Source: Adineta vaga | Lineage: Eukaryota; Animalia; Rotifera | Length of the DNA: 64,000 bases | Assembly: GCA_021613535.1 (NCBI GenBank) | Contig: CP075493.1 | Span: 9,610,001-9,674,000 of the forward strand | Direction of reading: 5' to 3' | In this document: one piece after another, positions 12,190-26,481 of the stretch | Numbering within the stretch: position 1 is the first letter of the stretch | How the letters are laid out: every line of letters begins with the position of its first letter | The notes under the pieces: generated by a model | Told to the model about the DNA's origin: nothing | Databases searched by the model: none | What the model saw: the letters and a program-made list of their open reading frames with translations, nothing else | Program-made: the position numbers and the translations under genes

Positions 12190-13621
12190 TTTATAACCTT
12201 TACCGTTTTCTATGAAAAAAAGCTGACATTATATTCATATATTATCATTGATGTTGTAACCTTATGATCTCATATCATTCTCGATTCTGACGAAATCAAT
12301 ATATTTAAACAAAGTAATAAATCTAAGTTTACTTCTTCCTTGTATTTCAGGATACCATTGCATAAAATCACGTATCTACCATTCTTGCAATCATAGATAA
12401 TCTAGTATTTCTTGAGAAGCTCTTCGGAAATGTTGAAAATTCTATTTCCGTATAACAGATCTGAATTACATAAGTTTATCTCAAGAAAAAAAGATTATTT
12501 TTATGAAATGTGATATTCAATATTGATATACATTGATGTATCTGATAACATGAAGGAAAACGCTGTCATGTGGAATATATATTTTATCATTAAAGAACGC
12601 GTTTTCATGCTAGCAGTATGTCTATCGATGATTTCATCCTTTCAAAAATTGATCAGAGATATTTATTCAATTGTTCTGTAGTTTATTTGCATATAGGATT
12701 TGTTACTAACAGTGTATCAATTCGGTTGGTAAGACAAATAAATGTTCGCCGTTAAGTTTTGATTAAATATCAACAAATATGTGAGAAAAAAAACCCGCTT
12801 CAATTGTAAATGATTTCTTTTTATTGCATCAATCGTTTGGAATGGTATAGAAACAATTAAATGCATTTGTTTTTCTGCTCCGCTTAACATCGTTATGGTA
12901 AATAGATTATATGGCATGAATGCCTTAGTTTTCTTTTTCGTTACTTTTTTTAATAATCTTTTATACATCGACGAGTTGGAGTGTAAAAATAATCTATCCT
13001 CTTTCCGTATTTAGATTGTTGTCAACTTAAGTGTATATACACATAGATGAAGATAGTTTTTTTTAACAACGCCATTCACGGAGTTGCGCTAAAAATACTA
13101 ATCATCTTCATCAGATTGCTTGTTGTTTTATGAAGAGATTATATTATTGTTGTTGTTATTATTATTATTTTTATAGATTGAAACGTGAAGCAGAGAGAGA
13201 GAGAGAGAAACAAGCAGAAGAAGAAGGCGAAATTACGCCTTTCTTCGTTCTTGTATTATTTTTCTTGCAGTTTATTACTCTTACCGCCAATATAGAACAT
13301 CAGTAGACACGTGAATACATGCTCAGAAAGGAAATCAAATGAGAACATAGAAGAAAGACGATGTAATTCATCTGCATCATCTTTGGATTTCATTTATTCC
13401 TACTTTTTTTTTCTTTCGGAAAGCATAATTAAGCGAATTTCTGATGATTATTAATATTAGTTAAAGGTATTTACATTCTTTTTTCTCCGTATTTATGTAA
13501 ACATACTTTGAACTCCATGTCATTGTTGTTGCCGCGTTCAGTTAGCTTTTTTTTTCCTTTTTTTAGAAATAAATTGTCAAATGAAGAATCAAACGGTAGA
13601 AACACAACAACGTCAATCACT

Positions 13622-16600
13622 ATGCGACGACATTCATTAGATCCTAATAATATACGACGACAGATCAAATCGATCTTTTCATCACCCTCACGAAAATTAC
13701 GAAATTTAACAAATCATAATCATCAACATGAAAATATTACGAATACTAGTCGACAATCACGACGTTTTAGTGTTCCAGATAGGAAATATTCTGAGAGAAT
13801 GGATTTCAATGTTGATCTTGGTACTATTAATGAAGTAAGTAAATCAATATGCATGCTGATGTCTGCTTTGCTGCAATATTGTTTGTGTGCACGCATAAAA
13901 GTAATAAAAAAAGTTTTCGTTAACTTTTTCTTTTTTTGCTGTAATGATTGTTGGGGATTGGAGAGAAGAAAAAAAAAGAGAGTGACATCAGCTGGTATGC
14001 GAAGCCTGGATGTCGACTGATGTGCGTAGAAAAAGGATAAATGATATAATATCAAGGTTAACGATCTTCGTATTATTCTTTTCAATAGAATAGAAAGGAA
14101 GATAAATGGTCATTGATCTGTATGATTTTATTTAAATTTTTCTCGAAGTCGTGCTTATCATTTTTGGCATCATACCAATTTCTGTTCAATATTTTTTTTT
14201 CTTGTTTCCTTGCTTTGCTAGCTATTTCCGATGCAATATGATTATCATTTGCAGTCAATATTGATTAGACTGATGACATAGAATGACAAACGGAGAAAAA
14301 ACACAGAATTATTCAAAGAAGGTTATAGGAAAGAAAAACAAGTGCTTGATAGAGAGATAGATTGGAAGATATAGACAAAAGTGTTAAAAGAACAATTTAT
14401 GCACACTCTAGAAAAACCTACGGCATTACATTCATATACTTACTAATGTCGTTTTATTACCGCCTAACATAATTTCTTCTCTTTTCTCTGTTTGTCTTCT
14501 TCTTTTTGTTCGTTTTCTTCTTTTTTTTTTTGAGATAAAAAAATATAACGATAGCAGCGATGACAACGACGTCAGCAGGCAACGGTTCTCGCCTCATTTA
14601 AGTGTTTGATAGAAGTAGCGGTTGGGTGTGGAAAGAGAGAAAAACGAGAGAATAAGGTGAAAGTACTACATTATTCAACAAAGACGATCAACACAAATTT
14701 CCATACACATGTTTATATTCGTGTAAAATCAAGTATGTTTTTTCACCAAACTCAAAACATTTACTTTTGTTCTTTATTAAAATATTTCCTCAAGATCGTT
14801 GAAATTTTTTTCATCAATGACATGTGATAAACGTTGTGTCTTTTCTACACCAATAAATACATTTAATTTTCCAGACACTGGTCGAGCTCGTCTATTTTCA
14901 TCACCTGAAAAACAAGATCTTGAAACAATCTACGAGGTAAAAAAAAAAGAATACATCGACTTTCTCGCTCATTTGCTCTCGCTCATAATTGATTGCTCAT
15001 TTGAGCATAAAATCATATTAATTCTTCGAAGTGAATCATAACACATGCTTTCGTTCATCAATAGATTTAATTATATAGATATATTTTCTATGTCATCGAA
15101 GAATCTCTTTCAATACATTTTCTTCGGACGTTATCAATTTGTAACGCTTATTTATATTGACACATTTCGAAATTACTTCTATCATAGTCACCTGATACAA
15201 AATACGTATATTTTTGTTTTCTTTTCTTCTTAGTAAGAAATACGTTTCATTGTGTGTGTGTGTGTGTGTTATAGAATTTCAATGCATATTATAGATGTTT
15301 CTTTCTGTTTTCATTCTATAAAATCGTGATGCATTTCTATTGAACTCACTCATATCACATAATTTACTTCGATGTCATTTTAACTTCCGTTTAAAAGATT
15401 TTGCACGAAATCATCGTAGTTTTTATTTAGAAATGATGAATTGAGGCAAATTTATTTCCGTTTAATCTAAATGTTTCGTCATTAAAGAAGATTTCATCTA
15501 ATAATAGATGGTTGATTAAACTCAAAAGAAGATGTCTGTAAATAATTAGACGTTTTGTTGTCAAATACTTCTTTAATAAACTCTTATTTAAGAAAAAGAT
15601 TATTTACCAATTGAAAACAATAAGCTCGTTTAATGTAATGTAAAAAGTTCTCGAAAACTATTTTTAGATTAGATAAGCATGAATTAGAGTGTATTGTACT
15701 TAGTGACAATTGTAAAATAAAATATTGCAATGGAGACGAATGTTCGAATTATTATAGTTATATTATGAATCATATACATATCGATTTTTTCTCTCATTTT
15801 TTTCCGCATGATTGATTTTCTTCATCAAATCTAATCTCTCTGTTTTTCTACTAATATATAATATTGTGCCTGTGAAAGTTGCGTTGCTTATTTGTTCGAA
15901 TATTATTAAACGTCGTACCAATCGATTTCAAAATGTTAAGTGTAACTCAAGTGAGTCATTTTTCTTCTTCTTTCTTCTTTTTTGTCTTGTTATTCTCAAT
16001 CTTGCAAAGGACGTAGAAACGTCTTCTTGTCGTTTGTTAGATAAACAACAGAAGCTCATGACGACATGTAGATAGATGCATATGTAGTACTTAATGCCAA
16101 ACAGAGACGAGAAGGACGAGATTTTTCTTTTCCAAAACATAGATTTTCTTCTACGGAGAACGATAGAAAATATCTCTGCATCAAGAATACTCAATTAAAC
16201 ATTTTCGTTCATTAAAATCACTAGGGAATTAAGCGCATAGATCTCTTTAGACTGGAATGTCTATGTTTTAGCTTGGAAGTATTGAAATCAAGAACGACGA
16301 AGTGTATATTTATTACATACAAACGAGTGTTTAATAGAAGAAGACGACAACGACGTACGAAGACGAAAAAAGAGAGAAATATACATAAACATATCATATT
16401 CTTATGTTCTTTTCCTCGTTTTTCTATATGGTCGCAAGTATTGATGTTACATATACACAACATAACTTTTTCTTCTAAAGAAAGAAAAAAAACATGAGGA
16501 CATAGTAGTATATTATTTCTATCGAATAAACATACATAATATATTCCCTTTTTTCTCTTCTTCTTCTTCTTCTTCTTTATTCACGAGAAGTAAAGAAACA

Positions 16601-19600
16601 CGAGTATCCAAAATATGACAACAAGTGATCAGTCAAGCCGAACATCAGGTTTACTCGATACAGTCTATGAAATGGTGAGTCAAATAAATATGCGAAAAAT
16701 AACATAGAGAGGATAGAATAGAATAAAAATCAACGTGTAGTTATTTTTTGTTTCACAAAAGATATCACACATAAACACACACACACCATTTAGAATGAAG
16801 CCAATTCTACAGGTGGTGATTTAGCTAGATCTCAGTCACCAACTAGGACAACTTCTGATTCAACATCAAAACGAACACGTATACAAGCTGTATTTTCCTC
16901 ACGAAATAATACCAATGAAAAAAAACCTAATGTTATATTGGCAAATTCTGCTGGAGTGTTTTCTCAGACAACAAACAATACGTCTGGTCCTGGTGGTGGC
17001 GGTGGTGGTAGTGGTACTAATAATATAATAAATGAGGATGCGACACAGCCAGATGTTGTTGCTGCTCTTGCTCAACATGCAAGTGCAGCTTCTCCTGTTG
17101 CTTCCATGAGTTTACCATCAGGTAAAACATCGGTGATAACTACAAATTCTTTAATACCATCAACGAAACAATCTCTTAGTCGCCGTGTTCGTTCTCGATC
17201 AAAAACTGATACACAATCAGTTACTGATAAATCACTTTTTTCACGATTATTTTCAAAGAAATCGAAAAAACCAATGGGAACATTAATAACAACAACAACG
17301 AAATCTATTAATTTAGATGTACCTAAAAAACGAGCAAATACGATTAAAGCATCATTATCACCAGGTGAACAACGATCAACTATTGTCGAACAAGCAGAAG
17401 CTGGTTATGGTAATGATGATGATGATCAATTTGATGGTCGAAATCTCTCAACTGGTTCTCTGTCAGATACGGAACATCTTGATGAAAAAGATGATGATGT
17501 AGATTTTAATCACAGTTTAATGACAAGTCGAGGAGGAAGTCGAACGAATAGTGGACCTGGAAAAAAATCGAATATGGGACAAAATTCTATTCCAACATCA
17601 GATTCACAATATTATGCATCATTATCATCCGCACCTACTGGTTTTTCTATTTCTTATCATAAACGTATGGCAAAAGGAAACGATGGTCTTCGAATTCAAA
17701 CTGCCTTAACTCGTCTTCAACAACAGCAACTGAATAAGAAAGGAACTGGTGGAGGTACAAGTCAATTGACGGTATGTCTTTTATTATATAGTTATTCAGA
17801 TAAATTCTATTTTCAGCATGATATACATTTCTTATACTATTTTCTTTCTTTCTTTCTTCCTTTCGTTCTTTCTGTCTTTCTATCTTTCTTTTCTTTTCTT
17901 TATCTATCTTCCGTTCATTGTCTTAGTTTCAATGGTTTGCAGACTTTTATCGCATTTGTGTGCGGTTGGCATCGATCCAACATGACACCATAGATTTAAT
18001 CAGAAAAGAAAAAAAAAGGATGGTTATAAACGAGAAGAAAAACAGCTTGCTTTGTTGTGCTTGCTTATATTCATTATTTGTCATCTAATCTTATTGACTT
18101 TCCTTGAAAAATATTTTCTTTATTTAAATTTTAGTCCCTTTTCCAAGATCCCAAACGAAGTGGTAAGTTTCAATCAACAGAGATTATTTAGTACAAATAT
18201 TTAATCTAGGTACCCAAAGTCCAACACCAATGAGTGGAACAACGCGAGTTAAAACATTTTCTGGTCAAACCATAATTACTCGGAATAATTCATCATCAGA
18301 TCGGCCATCTACATATTTCATTCGACCTACAGTTCGTATATAGAAAACTAGTATAAAAATATCATTGAACTTTTTCTTACGTGTGTTTTCTTCTTCTAGT
18401 CTATGTCTCCTACACATGATGCTGATGAAATATTCGGTAAACATCTTTCGACAAATATTGTTCTCATTGTTATATTTTCATTTCTAATTTAGTTCCTGAT
18501 GAAGAAATCTATATACATTTTATGAAATGTCATACGTGTTATGATATTGTACCGAAAAGTTCTAAACTCGTTGTATTTGATACACAATTAGCGGTTAAAA
18601 AAGCATTTTTTGCTCTGGTTTATAATGGTGTACGTGCAGCACCATTATGGGATACAAAACGACAGAAATTTATTGGTCTACTAACAATTACAGATTTTAT
18701 TCTTATCTTACAGAAATATTATAAAGAACCACATGCAAAAATCGAAGAATTAGAAGAACATCGTATTGATACATGGCGAGAAGTTTTACGAGAATATGAA
18801 AAACCTCTATTATTTATTAGACCAAATCAAAGGTAAACAAGCAGATTGTTTCCATCAACAAAATATAATTCCTATATTCTTGTTTGTTTACTGTAGTTTA
18901 TATGACGCTGTTTGCATTCTATTGGATAATCATGTACATCGTTTACCTATTATTGATCCAACAACAAATAATGTTGTATTTATATTAACGCATAAACGAA
19001 TTTTAAGATTCTTCTATTTATATGTAAGATATTTGTTTTTCTTTTCATCCTATGGATGTTTCATGTTTTATTTTTAGATCTATGATTGGCCACAACCTTC
19101 ATTCATGTCGAAAACATTAGAAGAATTGAATCTGGGTACTTACAATGAATTGCATATGGTATATTGATTATGAATAATACTGATTTATAGAAGATATTTT
19201 CATTGATTTATAGATTGAAGAAAATTCAACTGCCATTGAAGCATTGAATTATTTTGTTAAACATCGTGTCTCAGCTTTACCTGTTGTTGATAAGAATAAA
19301 AAATTAGTAAATATTTATTCAAAATTTGACATTATTGTAAGTTAAAATACATATTTCTTCATTTGATTTTCTATAAATGTTCTTTTTTTCTCAATAGGGT
19401 TTAGTTCCAGATAAGAACTATCGAAATTTAAATATGACAATCAATGAAGCATTGTCATATCGTAAAGAACGTTTTGAAGCAGTAGCTAAATGTTATAAAC
19501 ATGAAATATTATCCACATGTATTGAACGTATTATTAAAGCTGAAGTTCATCGTTTAGTTATTGTTGATGCTGATGAACATGTTATTGGTGTACTTTCATT

Positions 19601-19703
19601 ATCTGATTTATTAGATTTTCTAATTGTACATCCACCAAAATCTGAACGTTCATTATCAGAACCAACATCTGTGACAAATGAACCAGTTGAACAACTACCA
19701 TAA
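13622..19703 (+). CDS. PRKAG: AMP-activated protein kinase gamma subunit with long N-terminal extension and alternative N-terminal exons
   Basis: CBS core [68 protein letters not shown]. Large low-complexity exon 16794-17771. Alternative upstream coding exons at 13622-13834, 14817-14936 and 16615-16674. Confidence 0.9.
15252..15268. repeat. (GT)n microsatellite
   Basis: tgtgtgtgtgtgtgtgtg run visible in the sequence. Confidence 0.8.
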
Positions 19704-21691
19704 TTAGTTTATTAATCCCAAACCGGTGATTAAATTCGAAAAAAAAACAAACATATCGTTTGGTTTAATTATTAACAAAATGTATTTTTATTAAATGCGT
19801 AAAAAGTTTATAGAAAAAAAAAACACAAAGCATAGTTCTTTTTTTTTCTCTCTTGTATTTGTTGATTGTCTTTCAATTTTGTATAGCGTGCTTGTATGAT
19901 TTCCTTCTTGATGTCTTTGTCTGTCGCAAATTTTATTATTAAAGACTTAACAATAAATGAAAAATTTATTGTTTATCTTTTTAGACGGAAAAATAGAATA
20001 AAAATGAAATTTTGAAGATTGAGAAAAAAAGGAAATCTTATCATTTATAGTTCTATTCAATATATATATATAGAGATCGTTAATCTTCAGCGAGTTCAAA
20101 GGTTGACTTTCTCATGAATAACATATTCAACCTTCGAAACAAAAGACAGATGTTCGACCTTCCAACCGGTGAGATCTAAACAAGACATTGACAAGAAGCT
20201 CTATAAGTGTCAAGGATAACTGTGATTCTTTTAGAACTAGTCTCTTAAGAACAAAAAATAACATCTTGTTCTACCTTTGCATGTTCAAGTATCATTCATC
20301 GTACAGAAACGAGTAGCAATGCTCTAATAAACAAATGATAATTTCATTCGAAAACATCATTGACACAAATGAAATTGTTTCGATTTAGTACTTGAAAAGT
20401 ATATTTCTTCAATATGATTTCAAATAATCTAAGGATTTTATAATCAATGCAAGTTTTTCATTCATCTTTATTTACTATCTACGAGATGTCGTGATTCATG
20501 ATGAAAAAAACTCACTATAACATAACTAAGTATGTCCAAGGTCGCTCTTTCCATAACAGTATGATTACTATTTATCATTAGAAAAGTTTCTAATAAGATT
20601 AGAACTCTTTTCCGATGCACCACATTGATTTCAAAGAAGTAAAATGAGAAAACTCTCATCATTATACTACGCTTCTGTAAAAAATCTTTTAATCAACATT
20701 TCATCCTACGCTAAATCGTTCAGATGAGTATCGCCTTGATATGAACAATTAGTAGATCTGATATCTCTTAGTTCTTATATAATACCTCCCACTTTCTAAT
20801 TCATTTCTATTACGCATTAAGCATCATTGAGTTGATCATCAGCAGAATTATTTTTATTCTTAAATGCCTACATAAAAATCTAACGCACTTTCGAAGTATG
20901 AATATTTTCAACTGACTTCATCGTGTCAATTATTTTCCTCTCGAATTTTACATGTTTTATATATATATATATTTATATATAGAAAAAATCTCTTCGATCT
21001 GCTCGAGAGTATTTCATGGATAATTAAATTGAAATAAAACTTCATTGTTAAACATGTTTCTTTTGCTTCATTTTTAAAGCAATAAAATAACTCTTCTTTT
21101 TTTTCTTTATTACATTCTATTTTTTGCATTTAACATATGCGAAGAATATCAATGAAGATATATTGCTTCCTGAGTTTTGCATGTATAATCAGCGAGAAAC
21201 TAAGCATCTATGCTGAACATTATATATATTTCGAAATTATAGCCGAAAGCTTGTCCGGACTTTTCCTAACAAAGCACGATTCTTGTCTTTTAAACTTATG
21301 TAGATGAGATAACAAGTAATAAAACAGCAGTTTCCTTTTTCAATCAGTATTCATATTGCGTAGGAGAATTCTCTATCATCACGCGTAGGTGAAAGACAAA
21401 TTCGATAGATACAATTTTCAACGCCTACTAGAAAATAACTCTCTTTTTTATCCCCTAGAACATAGAAAAAAAGAGAATCATAGTGAATCTAAATATAATA
21501 AAAACAAATTGTTATTGATGTTTATATTAGATAATTGAATAGGAAAACTAGTTATTAAGATTCCTCTTTTTTCTGCTGTAAGTATATGACTTGAAGATCT
21601 CCTTTCATTAAAAAGATATAAAGTTTTATTAGTTTTCGTTTTTCCTATAAATCTGTTATCTTTTTAGGAGAATAAAATCGTATATTAAACG

Positions 21692-22196
21692 ATGAACTCA
21701 TTTTTATCACACTTTCTTAGTCTTCTAATATGTACTGTAATTGTCATTCAATTAACATCATCTGCTAGTTATCCTGATCCACCACCACTTCCACCTCCTG
21801 ACGCATCACCTCATGATTGGGCACGTTTTTGGAATTTATTACATGGTTATTATGCTATTATCGCACGACCACGGTAAATCATGTTTCATATGTAAAAATT
21901 TTCTTCAATCGTTAGTCTTCTTCGAACAGATTTGGTAAACGATCTGAATTAAGAATGATCAATTCGAGACCATCATTCCTCTATGAAATTCTCACTTCGA
22001 AACCAACATCTTCATTATCATCATCTGAAAATGACATCATTTATATGCTCAGTGGAAATAGTCACAATGGTAAGGGATAAAATTTAAATGGAATCTATTT
22101 TATTCCTGTTGTTGTTGTTGTTTAGCTAATCAAGATGGACAAATGTCTACTGATGATATAAATACGTTGATCTATCCCGTTCGAAGACGACGATAA
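21692..22196 (+). CDS. NPF: Neuropeptide F / NPY-family precursor
   Basis: Signal peptide, polyproline N-terminus, ...LHGYYAIIARPR|F-GKR. The intron splits the last Arg codon of RPRF, the conserved NPY/NPF intron position. Exons 21692-21873, ~21930-22069, ~22126-22196. Confidence 0.93.
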
Positions 22197-22376
22197 AATT
22201 CTTGTTAATATACTGAATTGTCTTTTTTTCCCGGCGTCAATATTTCTAAACGCAACGTTTTTTTTTTCATTAATTGACAAGAGAAAAAAGAATACGAAGG
22301 AGAAAACAACGTATTTATCAATGTGCTGTTTAAAAATATAATAATAAACAAAACATCTTTTTTTCCAAACGAATTT

Positions 22377-22979
22377 TCAAGTTCGAGGATGAGCAGCATC
22401 ATAATGTCCTGAACCATATTGATTGTAAGCTAAATAAATTGTCTTCTGCGATGAAGAGTCAGAATGCATTCCATTCTCTGGTTTTATATCAATTCGAGAA
22501 AGATTGGAAACAGAAGTAAATATAACAATTTTAATATTCAATACATTCGCAATAGTCAATGGTACAATATCACCTAATGATGAATCTGAAACACCAGTTT
22601 TCGAAAAGTTTTTTACTTCTTTCAAAAATGAAATACGTTCAGTATTAACAAATTGACTATAGTATTGTTCATTTAATTTCCATTGTGTTACACATATTTG
22701 TCGTAAAGTTTTAGCAAAATCTACTAAACCAGAATGAATTTTTAAACCAAATGTTTGTAAGTGCATAGCAAACTGATACGGATCATTTGTCATTTCATGA
22801 ATAAGACCTTCCGCAAGTGCATAGAAAAGACAATTACCATCTCCATCAACGTGCAAACGTTGAATATTATGATCGGTTAAATTCCAATTTAATTGTTGTT
22901 CATGAAATTGAAAATCTTCAGTCGATTGTTGAATTTGATTTCGATGTGAACATGAACAAAATGGATTGAAGAATTTCAT
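22377..22979 (-). CDS. OTU-domain cysteine protease (deubiquitinase-like), single coding exon
   Basis: VDGDGNCLFYALA (catalytic Asp/Cys) and IYLAYNQYGSGHYDAA (catalytic His). Confidence 0.85.
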   Translation of the reverse strand: MKFFNPFCSCSHRNQIQQSTEDFQFHEQQLNWNLTDHNIQRLHVDGDGNCLFYALAEGLIHEMTNDPYQFAMHLQTFGLKIHSGLVDFAKTLRQICVTQWKLNEQYYSQFVNTERISFLKEVKNFSKTGVSDSSLGDIVPLTIANVLNIKIVIFTSVSNLSRIDIKPENGMHSDSSSQKTIYLAYNQYGSGHYDAAHPRT

Positions 22980-23865
22980 TGATGATCGTTTTACATTCGG
23001 CAAGAATAAAAATTCCACAAATTTGCAATAGGGATAGACATTTGTTAAATATATTTCATTTTCACTTTTTCTCTGAAATTCGGTTTACAACGGCTGACAT
23101 TTCAATTAGAATTGAAAGAGAAAAGGAAAAGATGATTGTTAGAGAGTGTTACCATTGTTACACAATCAACTATCGAATTATTTTGTTTCTTTCTTTCTTT
23201 CTTTCTTTTCATTGATAAAATACAGCATTGAAAGACGAAAAAAGAATTTCGACTTACTTTTTCTGTCTGTCAATCTGTTTGAATCATCTGAATTAATAAC
23301 TCGAATAATTTATACAATTATATTTAAATACAACGAATTCTAGACGAGTTATGTTTACTAAAAATATAGTAATTAATCAATATTATATTCATTATAATTG
23401 ACCTTATACGATGAATCTTTCTGTAGTTCCTTTTTAAAACTAGCGGAATCATAGGAACTTTAATTTAGATGTCTATATATATATGGTTTCTAAGATTGTT
23501 TCGTCTCGTAGTATTGGAAATGAGTCACCTTCAACAATAGAGGTCAATTGTTCTGTTGTTTATGAATAATTAACAATATGAATAACATTCACGCTTACAA
23601 AGTTGGAAATTTCGTCAAAACAATTTTCGGATGAGAATATTTTCATGATAGATTGGTAAGGTTCACAAATGATAATTCATTTACTTAATCAAAGGAGTAT
23701 ATCTATATATATATTTATAATATGAATCAAGACGTTCTGCTATATAAGAAAAATAAAAGCAAAGATACAGTTTTCTCTATTAGACGTGTATGTTTTTATT
23801 CATTCGTCCTTCTTTCTAATGAAGGAAAAGAAGAACTTGTTGAATCTAAACTTACAATATATATC

Positions 23866-25171
23866 ATGAAACATTTTCTCATCGATACATCATATACAAT
23901 AGTGACAAATCGAAATGAATATTTCTTTTCGTAAGTGTTCCTAGTTGAGAAGAATTAAACTTTTGTATTCATATGTTATATGCGTTAGTTTCAGATAAAG
24001 CTTTAGCAGATAATAAAACAGAAGAAAATTATACACATAATGCTGGTGTATTTACTTCGATCTTTGTTGCTTTATTATCCTTTCTATTTACTTGTGTTAT
24101 CAATGGATATGCAGCCAATGGACCTAATCGTAAAGAATTTTGAAAATGTTATTTAAAATAAAAAGATTTTTTTCTTTTATAGGATTATTTAGAAAATCAA
24201 CAGCACAAGTGAGTAATGAAAATCTGACGGAATTTACTCCAGCTAAACTAACATTTTCTCTCTGTGGTCTGATCTATATCTGGCAGGTAAGAACAAACTG
24301 TTTAAAAAGAAAAAAGGAAATTTAATATTTGAAATAAACAATTCTCTCTTTAGTTAGCTTTTCTTGTCTATGCTATTGTTAATATCTGGCGAAAAACAGA
24401 TGATGGTTATTTATATATTCATCTGTATACATTACATGTGGTTATCTTTATACTCTTTACTATAAATATGTTTTTAAATTCGTTCTGGTTGATCCTTTGG
24501 GATAGACTAGAATTTGGGGTTAGTATTATTTATTGTAGTTGTATACTTAATCTTATATGTTTAGTTTTCAACTATGATACTTTACTCGATGTTGGCAACA
24601 ATTATTGCTGTCACTGTTTTCGAGCATATTCTTCTATGGCAAACAAGATGGGATTTTATTCAATTAGATATGTGAGCTATAAAAGATATTACCTTCTTCT
24701 TCTTCTTCTTTTTTATATCGTTTTCCGTATGATAGTTCGATTGATATATGGCTAATGCGTTTTATTGTGTTGAATGGACATGCAATTTATTCCGCTTGGT
24801 TATTGATTGCTTCATCATTGAATCTTGCTATTTGGTTGAAAACAAAATTACCGTTGAGTAATGAAGGTTGGGCAACAGTTTTGTCTTTAATTGTATTGAC
24901 TATTGGTATTGTTGCTTATTGGATATTGGAAAATTTTATATTTCCTTCACAAATGGCTTATACTTGGTCTCCATGGTTCGTGTGGTTTGTTGGTTTAATC
25001 GGAATTCTTAGTAAACATTGGCAATTACTTAAAGACAAAGGAATTAATCAATTGTTTGTACTAGCAATTTTAATACTTTGTGTTATTTTATTTAGTGTTC
25101 GAATTATTCTTTTTGTTGTTAGATATGAGAAGTTAGAAATACCTACTGGTTCATATCCTATTGGATTATAA
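23866..25171 (+). CDS. Multi-pass membrane protein, TspO/MBR-like
   Basis: Spliced exons give TEFTPAKLTFSLCGLIYIWQ, FLNSFWLILWDR, LNGHAIYSAWLLIASSLNLAI and several hydrophobic helices. Start codon uncertain. Confidence 0.6.
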
Positions 25172-25538
25172 ACCGATTTTTTTTAATTTGAATAAAGTGT
25201 CATGCATGCAATCAGATGAATATGTTCAGTTATCTTGGAATATAAATCAATCTTTTTCGAATCGATCTATTCATGTTCGTTTTTAACGCATTCACTAAGT
25301 TATACAGATGTCGTTCGTTGTCGAGTAATGATTTGTTTCTTTCCTTTTGAAAGACGAACATTTGTATGTATATAGTAGAGGTTCTTTACAATCCGTGGTT
25401 TATATCTTCAACTTTCTTATTAATGGACTATTTGGATCTTTTTCTATCGATCTTCATTTATGTTTATATGAATTTTATTGAATTGTTTTCTTTCCTTTTT
25501 AAGATTGATTTACTTCTCTAGTTAGTACCGCTAGAAAA

Positions 25539-26249
25539 ATGACAAATCCAAAAGGTTATCGTCGCGGTACGCGTCATTTATTTGCACGCGATTTCAAGAA
25601 AAATGGTCGTATTCCTTTGGCTACCTACATGAAAATCTACAAACGGGGAGATATCGTCGATATTAAAGTATATTTAACTCTTATATTAACAAGAAATTTA
25701 CATGATTTGTGTTTTTTTTTCAATTCTTCTGTTTCTTAGGGTAATGGTGCTGTACAAAAAGGTATGCCACATAGATACTATCATGGTAAAACTGGTCGTG
25801 TTTTCAACGTAACTCGACATGCCGTTGGTATTATTGTTAACAAACGTGTTCGGTATGTCTTCTAGGACTTATTTTCTTTTGTTTTACTGATTTCATTGAA
25901 TATCTAGACATCGTATCATTGCTAAACGAATCAATGTTCGTATTGAACACAGTAAGTTGTTTTTCATGATATTAATTGAAACGTTTTGTGCAGTTAAACA
26001 CTCAAAATGTCGTTCTGATTTTCTTAATCGTGTTAAACTTAGTGAAAAATTAAAACGAGCAGCAAAAGAATCTGGCAAACCTGTACCACTTTCAAGTATC
26101 AAACGACAAGTAATTTATATTCATTGAATTATACATTTCTAAATGACTATTTCTTTTAGCCCCAAGGTCCACGTAAACAACATTTGGTTCGAACAGGCGG
26201 TAACAAACCACAAATTGTCGAACCAATCCCATACCAATTCGTAGCTTAA
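25539..26249 (+). CDS. RPL21: 60S ribosomal protein L21
   Basis: [15 protein letters not shown]...KRGDIVDIK|[24 protein letters not shown]...EPIPYQFVA. Confidence 0.97.
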
Positions 26250-26481
26250 AAAAAGAAGATTCAATTTTTTTTTTGCTTTGCTACTCTTGTTTTTTTTTTG
26301 ATCACGTTAATCGAACAGCGTGAAGAAGAATAAATAAAACAAACCGGAAAAAAGAACGATCGGAAATGAAAATAAATTAAACATCATTGTTTCATTCTGA
26401 ATTTCATGATTGAACTTAATACATATTAGAATAACGATTAGTCAAAGTCAATAGAATCTTTTTGATATTTTTCAGATTGAT

